Origin: Eledone cirrhosa
Taxonomy: Eukaryota
Direction of reading: 5' to 3'
NCBI GenBank assembly: GCA_964016885.1
Contig: OZ024747.1
Span: 56,048,001-56,112,000, forward strand
DNA length: 64,000 nucleotides
In this document: positions 41,409-54,690 of the stretch, in pieces
Position numbering within the stretch: position 1 is the stretch's first letter
Layout of the letters: every line of letters starts with the position of its first letter
Position numbers and translations under genes: made by a program
Notes under the pieces: model-generated
The model's database searches: none
What the model saw: the letters and a program-made list of their open reading frames with translations, nothing else
Told to the model about the DNA's origin: nothing

Positions 41409-41727
41409 ACATATATAAATCCATATATATGTGGGATTATTGAATAAATACAGAGAATACATCCAAGAAATTTAATTTCTAGATAAATTTGTAAACGTTT
41501 TCCTCTCTCTCTCCCTTCCTTGCTCCCTCTCTCTTTGCCCTTTCTCTCCTTTTTTCTTGCTCACCCTCTCTCTTTCTCATATATATATGTATGTATATAC
41601 ACCCACAGACAGACCTGTGCAAACACTTTCTTTCTCTCTTTATATATATATATATGTATGTGTGTGCATGTGCATGTGTATTTGAGTGTAAGTGTAGACA
41701 TACTGTCTAAATATGCTTATAAATAAT

Positions 41728-41765
<38 letters not shown>

Positions 41766-41893
41766 AATGTATTCACTTCATTTTCTTTCAAAAGTAAATA
41801 TTTATTTTGAAACTCCTGTTATTGTGTTGTTGAGTAGGATGCTTATACACTGTCATGAACATAGTGTGCATATATGAATATATACAAACATAT

Positions 41894-41980
<87 letters not shown>

Positions 41981-41982
41981 CT

Positions 41983-42020
<38 letters not shown>

Positions 42021-42687
42021 TAGATAGATATATATAGATATATATAGATATTTACATATACATACTTGTATAGATAGATAGATATATTTATATATACATA
42101 TATATCAGTACACACATACATTTATATATATATATATATACTTATATACATACATAAATGTGTGTGTGCATATATTTATATATATAAGAGAGTGTTGAAG
42201 TTTGCTTGTGTGTGTGTGTTTGTATGTATGACTATCTCTATATGTTTGTGTTTCTCTATATATGTCTGTGGATGTCTGCACATTATATTGCACAAATGTT
42301 TTCAACTGACTGCACAAATACAAAATGAAATTAATACACTTTGCACAATGTTGTTTACTAAATATCCTTTTTCTCTGTTGATATTTCATTCTCAATTCAT
42401 TTATTTTATTCTCCTTTTATTTCTTGCTTTTCTTCAATCTCTCCCATTTATTTTTTTTTATTCATTTTTTTAACAAATTTTTTTTCAACTTGAAATAACT
42501 GAAAGCAGATTTTTGCATCTATTTATCTCTGTATACCTATATATTTTTTCTATATATATATTATGTCTGCCACATCATATCAAAATTTGTTTAATCAGTC
42601 AAACACTATTTTATTTTTCCTAGCAATACATTAGCTGCCTTTCATTTTTATTTTCATGTTAATTTTTATTTTGCATTTAGATTTCTG

Positions 42688-42728
<41 letters not shown>

Positions 42729-42769
42729 AATGTATTTGAAAGATAATAATAATAGTAATACATTATATG

Positions 42770-42835
<66 letters not shown>

Positions 42836-44021
42836 TAAATATATATACATACACATACACACACACACCTATATATATATATATCATTATCATCATCATC
42901 ATCATCATCATACATCTGTTTTACCCTGCTTTCAGACAAACAGATAGATGTATCAGGCTGTGTTGTGTATTCTATTTAGAATAGGTACACTGTATCTGTT
43001 TGTCTTAAGAAGTAACTAAAATGTTTGGTTCCAGGAAGGGCATCCAGCTGCAAAGGAAAGTTTAAAAAAAGACCTTTATGATAAATGTAGAGCGTGACAG
43101 TGGCTCCCTCAAGTCTAAGTGCTATTTTAGTAGGGAAAATGGTCTTAAAATACTCACTGTTTATTTCCTATATATACTAAGAGTATTTTGTCAAGCAAAA
43201 ATGGTAATATATATAAACATAGTTTAAACACAATAGCATATAGAAACCTATTCAAAATATATACATAAAAAAACATATTATATACTGACACAGGCATAAT
43301 TATATGGTTAATGAGTTCACTTCGTAACCATACTTCTGAATTCAGTCCCACTTTCTGTCACTATGAGCAAGTGTCGTCTATCGTAGCTCTGGGTTGATTC
43401 ATGTCTTATGAATGGATTTTGTAGACAATGGATGTACCCCAGCATGGCCTCAGCCTCTTGGCTGGAACACATAATAGAGTAAAATAGAAACTGCAATATA
43501 AATATGTATATATGTGCATTAAATATATATATATATGCACATATATATGTGTTTGTGGAGGGGTGAGTGGATGTGTGAGAAAGATTGTCTGTGTCTTGTT
43601 TTATGTCTGTATCTGAGTTCAATACCCTTGTAAAACGTAATTGATAAAATATGTACCTGCCTTGAGGCCACAAATACTAATATGACTATATTCGACTAAA
43701 TAAAGGCAGTGACTCAGCTTTCCCACAGTCTAATGAGTGAAAACAATAAAATAATAAAAGAATATCCTTTTCCAAATCTTGGCTCTAAGTTTCTAGCAGA
43801 AATTTGTATATGAAATTATGCAGATACACCATGTCTTCATACGTAGGAGATTGAGTAAATAGTTAATTTGTAGATAATACTTGTTTTACACATACCAGTA
43901 TAGTTTGAATTTTTCAAACTCAGTATCTGCTGGCACTACATGAAAATATCAGAAAATTCAGCTTAACATGAATTGAAATTCAGTTGAACTTTAAAATAGA
44001 CAATAAAATATACTATATATA

Positions 44022-44285
44022 TATCTGCCTGTTTTCAAGTTCCAGCAGATAGCAGAGAAACACTGTCCAGATGAGAGCCACTAACTCTAAGTATACCTAG
44101 ACAGTTGTCCCTTTTTGCTTCTGTTGGAATCTGCTACATGGTGCTGGCCGTCAGCCTTTCAATATCCATAGCTGGGCTTTCAAAATGTTTATTTATTAAA
44201 CATACCGTATATCTTTATATATATATACGAAATTCACATACATATATGTATACAGCTATGCTGAAGTTAAATTTTAAATATACCA
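44022..44285 (+). mobile_element. Diverged relative of family E with hammerhead relic (44062-44105)
   Basis: Shares GCCTGTTTTCAA, TTGTCC, AAACATACCGTAT and TGTATACA.CTATGC with 6473-6897. The relic reads ACTGTC-CAGATGA-GAG ccactaa CTC-TAAG..TA-GACAGT. Confidence 0.6.
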
Positions 44286-45172
44286 TTTATGGTAAAATGG
44301 AATTTAAGATGTTTCCTTCTATGCAATAGTGTGATGTTTGACTTTTTGAAGCCTTTGTTGATACAATTAAATATTTTTTCCTACTGGTACACCTCCAACA
44401 GCATTATTGTTGAAGACACTTGTCCAAGGTGCCGCTGACTACATCCAGATCCACATGGTTGCAAGGTGAATCACTGAACAACACAGCCATACACACATAC
44501 ATATCTTCTTGAGTCATTCCTCTTTCAAAAGTGAAGCATTCATTTTGTTTTTTCTAATGGTTAGAATATATGTGGCTCATCATATCTGAATTTAACAGGA
44601 AGCTAAATGTATTGAATGAAACCAAGCAGAAATTGAACTTTGATTCAAAGTAAACTTTCAGACCATGAATTTCTTTTAAACACCACTAAAAGTTTATATA
44701 GGATATCTATATATATATATAAATGGAAACAAAACCATTAATAAAACTACCCTGAAGTAATGAAGCAATGATAAATAGAGTTCTATTCTCAAGCCAGTCC
44801 ATTATTTCTAAACTTCAGCAGATGTTAATTTACTCAGCTTCCATTTTGTGTATAAGAAATATTGAAAAAATATTAAAATATTAAATATATCAAATAGTTA
44901 ATGAAATGTCAGCCAAGATAAACACAAACTATGTCCTTTCATTTAGTTTTTATACATATACTAGATACAAAACCGATAATTGAAATGTGTGTGTGTATAT
45001 ATGTGTATGTGTGTGTGTGTGTGTGTGTGTATGAATGTGTGTGTGAATATTTACGTTTTAAGTAATTTATATTATACACAATATTTATTTATATTCTGAT
45101 ATATATATATTTGCATATATGATGAAATAACTTTATATATGAATACTTTTATATAATTAACAATTATCTTTA

Positions 45173-45247
<75 letters not shown>

Positions 45248-45344
45248 TACATTTATATATATATATAAAAATATATTTATATTTATATTTATATAGATAG
45301 ATAGATATATGTGCATATACATTCATCATTATATATATATATAT

Positions 45345-45526
45345 AGGGCGGTGGATTGGCAGTATCAGTAGAGGGTTTGACGCCATGCTTTCCAGCATTA
45401 CGTCCCTTTATGATCTGAGTTCAAATCCCGCCAAGGTTGACTTTGCCTTTCATCCTTACGAGGTCGATAAAATAAAGTACCAGTAATGCACTGGGTAATT
45501 GCTGGCCTTGTGCCTAAAGTAGAAAC

Positions 45527-45530
<4 letters not shown>
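45345..45530 (+). mobile_element. tRNA-derived Meta-like SINE, full length, in (TA)n
   Basis: Same A/B boxes and body as 3245-3422 and 21433-21620. Confidence 0.9.
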
Positions 45531-45571
<41 letters not shown>

Positions 45572-45779
45572 AGAAGATGTCTGTGATTAAATGGTTATGT
45601 CAACTGCAAATATTTATTGCTTATCCCTAAAAAAACTGTTAATTTCATTCAATTAATTTAAGATACCCAGAGATTATGTGTACAAAGCTTTCAATTAGAA
45701 GCAATAGCCAAATGATTATTTTTTATCTTTCACCATCAAATATTAGGTATTCATGCCAACCCTTACCTATAATCATATG

Positions 45780-46052
45780 AAGGGTCTTTGGAGTAACGTT
45801 ACTTGATAGGGTACATGATGGGAAATCAGAATGTCACTCGAGGTAGACCCACTACTTCTCCAAATTGAGAGATTACAGCTCCGATACAATGGGCCTATTG
45901 TTAGAATGTCTCAGGAAAAACTTTGTGATGGTTTCTCTTGGGGATCCAGCTGGATCAGTTGGAAGGGGTTATTTCTGACATGACTCGCTGGAAGGTATGT
46001 TAGTGGAGTCTGCTCCCATGACCTTCTCAGGAATAAGTGGGCAAAGAAGAAC
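45780..46052 (+). pseudogene. Decayed RTE (Rex3/Expander-like) 3' end
   Basis: TRGRP...LGIQLDQLEGVISDMTRWK..SLLP*PSQE resembles RTE C-termini. A second copy lies at 15210-15340. Confidence 0.6.
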
Positions 46053-47112
46053 ATCGAATATTTATTTTCTAATCTATTGCATTTGGAATTCCTGAGTTGA
46101 AATCCTTCCACACAGATACTGTTGGTGAGACAAGGCATCTTAGTTTAAATCTCATTTGTGTTTAATTTACATTGTAATTGCTGTAAGCTTTCTTTCTAGA
46201 CAGAAGGATAAGATTACTTGACTTCTGATGAACAACCAACTAGCTGTGAAATGTATTTTTCTGTGAAAGAATTGTCTTACCTTAAATTTACATTATCAGA
46301 ATGAGGCTTGCAATTTATGTAACCATAGTTATACTTACATTTAATTTATTTTAGATTTTATAATGTCTGCTGAGCTGTGTATAAATGGTAATGGGTTCAT
46401 TATCATAAAGTTATGAGCTTCATTCCCAGATTGAGTGGTATGCTGTGTCCTCGCGAAAGAGACTTTACATTATATTGCTCCAATCTGCTACATTGGAAAA
46501 AATGAGTTACAATTAAACTATTGCTAAGATCAATCAGTTTTTGCCTTTTTCTTGGAGTACATTGATAGTATGAAGAAGGGAGACTGGCAGGTTCAACTAC
46601 TAGTCTTCTAAAGAACGTCATATCCAGCCTTGTGACAAGGGGAAGAACTTTCCAGGTACAAACAACACAAGGTCGATCATGAACAAAGAGACCTGTTTTT
46701 TTGTCCGCAAATATTTATTTTTCATATATATATATTTATGTAATAAACAACATAAGACAATTATTTCATTTACTAGTGGTTTCTTGAAAGCAAACGAAAT
46801 TTGCTTTCATTCGTTAGAATGAAAAAATCCTGGTGTATTTATTGACCAGATTTTAAAAACAAAAATATAATCTATATGAAAGTGAGGCTGGAAAAGGAAG
46901 AAGAAGGGGAAAAGAAGAGAGAAAAAAAAAGAAGAGGAAAAAGAATAAATATAAAAGTAGATAAACAGACATGCACACACACACGCATATACATACATAC
47001 ATATAAACACATACATATACACATACACACACACACATATATATATATATACATACATATATACATATATACATATACACACATACACACACATATATAT
47101 AGACACATATAT

Positions 47113-47507
47113 GGAGGCACATAGCTTAGTGGTTAGAGCATTGGCCTTGCAATCAAAAGGTTGTGAGTTCAATTCTCAGACCGGGTGATGTGTTGTTTCC
47201 TTGAGCAAGACACTTTATTTCACATTGCTCCAGTTTACTCAGCTGTAGAAATGAGATGATAGGGACTGGGGTCCCTATCATTCCACTGCAAAGTGGTCGT
47301 GGAGGTGCTACGGCAAAAAAGCACCCAGCCCACACTGTAAAGTGGACGTGTAGGCGCCTCGGAAAAAAAAACAACCTAGCACTCACTGTAAATGAGGTTG
47401 GTGTTAGGAAGGGCATCCAGCTGTAGAAATCAAGCCAGCATCAGTTCCCGTCCCACCCTTGCAAGCAGGGAAAAGCGGATGTAAAATGGAATGATGATGA
47501 TGATGAT
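47113..47507 (+). mobile_element. CORE-type SINE with RTE-derived tail
   Basis: Near-identical to 32331-32688, with an (ATG)n end. Confidence 0.9.
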
Positions 47508-47656
47508 ATATACATATACACACATACATACATATATATATATATAACCTACATAGTAACCTACATGTAACCTACATAGAGCACTCTTTTTTCCTGGACC
47601 TTTCCAACAGAATTACTTCATTCACATATATATATATATATATATATATGTGTGTA

Positions 47657-48871
47657 CAAGGGGGCTTCAAAAGGTTCATGGAAAAGGTCAGTTGGAAAAA
47701 AAGATTTAAGTTTTTAAGTTATGATGTTTATTTTTCAAAATATGCTCCATCTAAGTCATCACACTTCTGCAAGCGTTATTACCAGCCTTTAAATCCAACT
47801 GTGTAAAACTGGGGCGGGGGCATGTGATTTAAACTATGTTAAAGCAGCTTTTTTTACATCTTCAATTGATGGAAAATGGGTACCTTTCAATGATTTTTTC
47901 AGGTTTGGAAACAAAATGAAGTTAGATGGGGCTAAATCAGGACTGTAAGATGGATGTCAAATGATTTCCTGTTGAAATTCATGTAACTTGTGTTAGCTGA
48001 ATGTGATGAGCAGCCACATTATCATGGTAGAAGAGGGTCTGCCAATGCAGCTTCCCAGGGCATCTTTTCTGTGATTTTCTGAGCCAGTTTTCTAAAACGC
48101 CTCATAATATGCAGCTGTAAATGTTGTCTTGTTCTCAAGGACGTCAACCAGCAAAATCCCCTATGCAACACAAGACAGTGACCATGACCTTCACTCATAA
48201 ACACTTCGATTTTGCCTTGACTGGCAGGGTCTTCATCTTCAGGGTCTTCATCCCACTTGTTCAGATTCCTATCGAAATATCTGCCCTTGTTTGCTGCTGT
48301 TCTGGGTGCAACAGCTTTGGGACCTATCGAGCGGAAAGCTTGGTCAGCCCTAAACCCTCCACCAGAATTGTGTGTGCAGAACTCATAGAGATGTTGAGTG
48401 TGTTGGCTATTGATTCAGTGGTTATTCACCTACCCTTTTCAATTAGGTCCTGAACAGCATCAATGTTTTTCACACAGACTGACGTGGATGGCCTGCCACT
48501 GCAAAGATCATGTTCAATCTCATCTCTTTCACTTCCAAAACGTCTTAACCATTTATAGGATGGTGATTTTTTGGGGGCATTTCCCCATAAATATGCTCCA
48601 GAACGTCAATGATTTGGCTGCTCCCCACCCCCCTCATTACTTCACCATCAATTTGATGTTTGTCCTGACCTCAATTATAATGGAAACCATGTTGTTTGAG
48701 TGGATGCTGACTTTCGACTGGTGGTGCTACATTGCAACTTGCATTTAAGGGTTCATGCTAGAACATATTATGACATGTTAGTACAAAATTGTACAGGTAC
48801 ATTGATGTTAAAATCCCTGTATAAGATTCTTAGATATGTACTTTTTCCACAAACATTTTGAAGCGCCCTTG
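47657..48871 (-). mobile_element. Near full-length decayed mariner (Hsmar2/irritans-like)
   Basis: About 29-bp TIRs CAAGGGGGCTTCAAAAGGTTCATGGAAAA and TTTTCCACAAACATTTTGAAGCGCCCTTG, with TA target duplication. Minus-strand motifs are KLSAR*VPKLLHPEQ, YHDN and HPSYSPDLAPSNF. Confidence 0.92.
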
Positions 48872-49924
48872 TATATATATAAACACACATATATATTTAC
48901 ATGATGAGACTTGACCAGTCTGGTGACTCGGTCGAACTCTGACACATTGTTTTGGCTTGGTTTCTACAGCTGGATCTCCTTCCTAATGCCAACCACTTTA
49001 CAGCATGTACTAGGAGTAGGGCATCTACTGCAAGATGCCCTTCTTTGCAACAACCACTTTACAGTATGTACTCGGAGCATTTTATATTGACTCCAGCACC
49101 ACCACCACCTTACTGGATGGACTAGTTGCTTCTTTAAGTACACTACCACTACTTCCTAACGCCACTGAGGCATTTAATGTACATGGGTCATCCTGGTTGG
49201 AGGATTTATTTTTATCTTTAGATCCAAGTAGTTTTTGAGAGTTTAATTTCAACTTTAATGCAATATCCACACTGAAAAGTGCTAGTGCTGATACAACAAT
49301 AAAATGCACTCAGTCAACTTTGTTAAGTGGTAGGGCTGCTGACATGGTCAAATGCATCCATGAGACCCTGTAAAGAGGTATTGTGGTTGTTATGATAAAA
49401 TGCACCCAGTACACACTGTAAAGTGGCTAGTGTTAGAAAACATGCCAAAATGGAATGTTTGAGTAATACATGGTTTTCCTCCCTATATTTCAGAATGTGA
49501 CATCATATTTAATCCATGCTGGCAAAGAAAATAGGTGTAAATTGACAATAATGAGTATGATAATTTTAATCATAGCCATATCTGATTAGTTTGGGGAGCA
49601 AATATGGCACCTGTGACTGTCCAACAAGCCTCTCTATGGCAGTGCCATATTAATCATAAAGTTAAGGCTGAAAATTAGGGACCAAATAGGGATAGAGACC
49701 CATCAATTATTTTTTCTTTTTGCTAGTAGGATAGACCTGATGTATATGATGTATATGAAAGTGGACCTGATGTATATGAAAGCCTAGGGGCCTTGGGTGG
49801 GTTAAAATGGTCCAACTCTATCATAAATCCTTATAATTGCTGACTAAAAAAGAAAGTTTACAGATGCCAAATATTTTCAAAGTCAGGAACAAAATAATGC
49901 AATATAGAATATGAACAAGAAAAT

Positions 49925-50282
49925 GCTAATGGTGATGAATATGTTTAGGATGATGTTGATGGTAATAATGGTGGGGAATGTTTTTGAATGTTGGTAGTGA
50001 TGATGGTTATGATTTTGATGGTAGTGATGATGATGTTATGAGAATGATGATGGTGGCTGTGATGGCGGCGATGTTGATGGTTGTGGTGATGGTGTTGATT
50101 TTAGTGGTAGTGATGATGATGGTAGTGATGGCGATATTGGTGATGTTGATAGTTGTGGTATTGGTGATGATTTTGATGGTAGTGATGATGTTATTCATGA
50201 GAATGACGATGGTTGAGGTGATGGTGGTGGTGTTGGTAATATTGACGATAGTGGTGTTATTTACGATGATGTTGATGATGAG
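49925..50282. repeat. Cryptic (GAT/GGT)n tract
   Basis: Degenerate trinucleotide repeat. Confidence 0.9.
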
Positions 50283-50362
50283 AAATATATGCACTATCTA
50301 GTTTTGCTCTCTATTTCTTCATTTTATTTTAGTAACCATAATGCATTATCTGGAGTATATAT

Positions 50363-50405
<43 letters not shown>

Positions 50406-50414
50406 TATATATAA

Positions 50415-50489
<75 letters not shown>

Positions 50490-50663
50490 TAATAATAATA
50501 TAATAATAATAATAATTAAACACATAGACATCGAAGTTTTGGGAGGACTTAGACGTAAACACATAGATTTATGTGCATATACATGTGTGTTCAACACATA
50601 GACAGCCAAACACACACAAACATAAACATATATATACACACACACATATATGTATGTGTATGT

Positions 50664-50721
<58 letters not shown>

Positions 50722-50725
50722 GTAT

Positions 50726-50788
<63 letters not shown>

Positions 50789-51054
50789 GATATATACATA
50801 AATATATGTGTATATATAAGTATAATGATTCTATTTTTTATCTCTGAAATACCAAATTTATGATAAAAACAAACGCATAAGAAAGAAATAAAGGTTGATG
50901 TATGACTAAAAATAAGAATTATCAAATATATGTATAAATCAATGGAAGAGGGGAATGAAAAATAAGTGAAAATCGAAGATTCTACACTGCATCACCAGAA
51001 TATACTGGAATAAAATGTGACATATTTTTATTGATGATGCTGGTGATGGTGATA

Positions 51055-51097
<43 letters not shown>

Positions 51098-51505
51098 CTG
51101 TGTGTGTGTGTGAGTGCGTATGTATGTGTGTGAGTATATGTATGTATATAAGTATATGTGTGTGTTTATGTATGCAAGTATATGTATGTATGTGTGGATG
51201 TCTATACATACATCATGATGATGTATATATATATATATATATATATGTTGTTGAGTGTCTTTGAGTGTATATACACACACTTTATTTTATATCTGTCGGA
51301 ATATAAAAAAAAATGGGTCTTAACACATTTAAGACATCAGCAATGATGATGATGGCGTTTGTGGTGATGTTAATGATGATGCTTTTTGTAAGGATGTCCA
51401 TGGTGTATATTTTCATATACATACATGCATATATATATATATAGAGAGAGAGAGATTATCAAAATATATAAGCACGCAAAACATATCCATCATGACACCA
51501 GAAAT

Positions 51506-51572
<67 letters not shown>

Positions 51573-51575
51573 GTA

Positions 51576-51629
<54 letters not shown>

Positions 51630-51636
51630 CTGTATA

Positions 51637-51764
<128 letters not shown>

Positions 51765-51775
51765 CTGTATATATA

Positions 51776-51814
<39 letters not shown>

Positions 51815-52257
51815 TTGTGTGTGTGTATGCTGTTGTATGTTCCTACATACATTTTATAAAATTCTATAAAGAACTTCTGAAGAGAATTTTTAGATCAAAC
51901 AGAACTAACTTTATTGAAAGTTTTAAACCCCCTATCTTAATCAATATATATATATATATATATATATACCTACATATATATATACCTACATATACATACG
52001 CTGATGATGGTACACACATATACATATAAATAGGATCTCACATTCTGAGTATGTTGAGTGGGGAAAGAATTCAATTAAATATGTCTATTCTCACAATTTT
52101 GAGATTGAATCTTCCTCTAGGGTTGTTCAGATCACATGAACCAAACAAGAGATAGAGAACACCTTTAGACTAAAAGACTGAGTTGATGCCTGCTTTTGGA
52201 ACAATTTTAGATAATATAGTGGAGGATCCCTTAGATATATATACATATATATATATA

Positions 52258-52573
52258 TTTTGAGTATATGTTGGTTGTATACCAACACCTCAGTATGCAG
52301 ATTGGACCACTCGATGAAGTGCGCAGGTTGGTTTGGTTATTCCGGAGTTATGTAAAATAAAATAAAATAAATAAGTCAAATATTTAAAATTTGGCTTCGT
52401 TTATTACTGCTATATATATTTCGGTGACAGCCATCTTTGGCTGTGACCTCTTCAGGCAGTCCGAATTAGTGTGGTAGAGATGAGTACCCATGTTGTTGAG
52501 GTGTATAACTTTGTCAATACTCTGATATGCCCAGTTCCTGGTTGGGTTGTTATTTCTCTGAGGAACTGGAATC
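52258..52573 (-). mobile_element. Family B HHR element, single arm plus tail, in (TA)n
   Basis: Collinear with 35833-36115. Ends with the hairpin CCAGTTCCT-21nt-AGGAACTGG (52531-52569). Confidence 0.9.
52406..52460 (-). ncRNA. Type I hammerhead ribozyme, family B (best-preserved copy)
   Basis: ACTGC-CTGAAGA-GGT c ACAGCCA aaga TGGCTGT c ACC-GAAA-TATATA-TA-GCAGT, with the canonical G10.1-C11.1 pair. Confidence 0.9.
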
Positions 52574-53015
52574 ATATATATATATATATATTGTTATACT
52601 TACGATGGTCAGGCTGCCAATAAAAACACACGCATCTATTTGTTTTCAGTCCATTATAATATAAACTACCAGTCGATTAGTTTAATTACCAGATGCTTGT
52701 TTAGTTGTTGATTGTCAAAGCTCTTTCACCACACACTCTGTGAACTCCTCAGTGACTAATTTGCTATTTTGTATCCCTCCTTTTTTCTGTCTTATACCAT
52801 ATTGTTTTTGTGAGTTGTGTGCTGTGTGTGTGTGTGTGTGTGTGTATATATCATCATCATCACCGTTTTACATCCGTTCTTCCACGATAGCATGGGTTAG
52901 ACGGACTGTTGTGGGTAGTGTCCAGTCAGCTACGGCCAGCTGGAGAAAAATTATGCTATAAGTCTAAACTGGTTATTCATTCTTAATTTATTTTATATAT
53001 ATAATATATATATAT

Positions 53016-53310
53016 CATCATCATCATCATCATCATCACCGTTTTACGTCCGTTCTTCCCCGCTAGCATGGGTTAGACGGGTTGTCCTGTTGTGGGCAGT
53101 GTCTGGTCGGCTGACCATGCCTTGCTCATACAGGAACTGATTTGTCTTGATTTCTACAGCTGGATGCCCTTCCTAACACCAACCTCATTTACAGTGAGTG
53201 TTGGGTGTTTTTTCGTGGCATCTACACGTCCACTTTACAGTGTGGGCTGGGTGCTTTTTTGCCGTGGCACCTCCACGACCACCTTGCAGTGGGGAGTGTG
53301 GGGGGCATAT
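53016..53310 (-). mobile_element. SINE/RTE tail fragment
   Basis: Reverse complement of the 3' half of 47113-47507. Confidence 0.8.
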
Positions 53311-53330
53311 TGTCTATATGCTTCAGCTTG

Positions 53331-53363
<33 letters not shown>

Positions 53364-53440
53364 GTAAGTATGTATGTATACGTACATACATATATGCATA
53401 CAGACGTACAGTTGCATGTATATACAGTTGCATGTTTACT

Positions 53441-54068
53441 CGAGAGAAGGCTACGTTGGTATGGACACGTGATGCGCATGAAAGTCGATAGCTGTATAAC
53501 AAAGTGCAGGGCAATAAAGATAGACGGTAGTCACGGAATAGGCAGACCTAGAAAAACCTGGGACGAGCTGATAAACTCCGACATCACACACTTACACCTC
53601 TCCAAGACAATGTCACTGGACCGAGACCTGTGGCGGTACTCAGTAACAGAGAAGACCCGCCTTACCTAAATATATAGTAAAACCTACTCCAGCCAGTAGG
53701 CATCTCTAACAAAATACACCCCGTCCCACCACCACCACCCCCACCCCATCCACACCACCCCGTTCTATGTAAAGTTATGTTGGTGCCGCGCCATCGAGGC
53801 CGAAACAAATGAGATCGTGTAGGTGTCACGACAAAAAAACACACAGTCCACGCTGTAATGTGGCCGTGTAGACAACACGGTAAAAACGTCCCAGACCCAC
53901 ACTGTAAATGTGGTTGGTGTTAGGAAGGGCATCCAACTGTAGAAAACCTGCCAGACAGTCCTATGCGAGCAAGACAATCACTCTTGCCTCAAGTGGGACT
54001 ACCCCCGTCCAAACCCATGCAAGCGTGGAACACGGACGTTAAACGTTGATGATGATGATGATGATGAT
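53441..54068 (+). pseudogene. RTE LINE 3' fragment with 3' UTR and (GAT)n tail
   Basis: ERRLRWYGHVMRM...GRPRKTWDE...DRDLWR; same family as 40120-41408. Confidence 0.9.
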
Positions 54069-54270
54069 CTATCTAAGGCGGGTAAAATTCCCGAGATCCA
54101 TGGACGAGTTCTCTCCAGCGGTCTCTGTCCCTCATTATCACTGCCATGTCCTGTATCTCCAACAGACCAGTGTCTGTCCTTAGGGCATCAACATATGTAT
54201 ACATACAGGCACACATATATATATGTACGTATCAGTTTAGCGAACATTTATTATAATGCTCGCTTTGTCC

Positions 54271-54311
<41 letters not shown>

Positions 54312-54370
54312 TATATACATATATATATATATATATAAAGTCAATTACATGAACTCATAATCCTTTATTT

Positions 54371-54426
54371 ACTGCTATATATATTTCGATGATAGCCATT
54401 GAACGGCTATGACCTCATCAGGCAGT
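54371..54426 (-). ncRNA. Type I hammerhead ribozyme, family B-related subfamily (insert 54338-54500)
   Basis: ACTGC-CTGATGA-GGT c ATAGCCG ttcaa TGGCTAT c ATC-GAAA-TATATA-TA-GCAGT. Confidence 0.9.
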
Positions 54427-54525
54427 TAGTCAGTTCTTAGATATGCCAGCTCTGTGTTTATAGTGTTGATGGTATCAGAGCCTTGGGACATAGGGAGGGA
54501 ATATATATATATATATATATATATG

Positions 54526-54626
54526 TAACATTTATTTATGTTCTTACACAGAACAAAATTTTACTATACATCCTGATATCTGGATGTATAGTAAAATTTT
54601 GTTCTGTGTAAGAACATAAATAAATG

Positions 54627-54629
<3 letters not shown>
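54526..54629. repeat. Near-perfect 104-bp palindrome in (TA)n
   Basis: Perfect 48-bp arms at 54526-54573 and 54582-54629 around TGATATCT. Confidence 0.95.

Positions 54630-54687
<58 letters not shown>

Positions 54688-54690
<3 letters not shown>

Noticed and set aside
45345-45435. tRNA genes at A/B-box motifs
   Set aside because: The motifs continue into SINE bodies and do not form a cloverleaf.
45950-45994. 45-bp exon with AG/GT boundaries (LDQLEGVISDMTRWK)
   Set aside because: Lies within an RTE 3' end that has a second copy at 15210-15340.
46225-46258. Hammerhead-like CTGATGA-ACA..TGT-GAAA
   Set aside because: No stem I complementarity and no element context.
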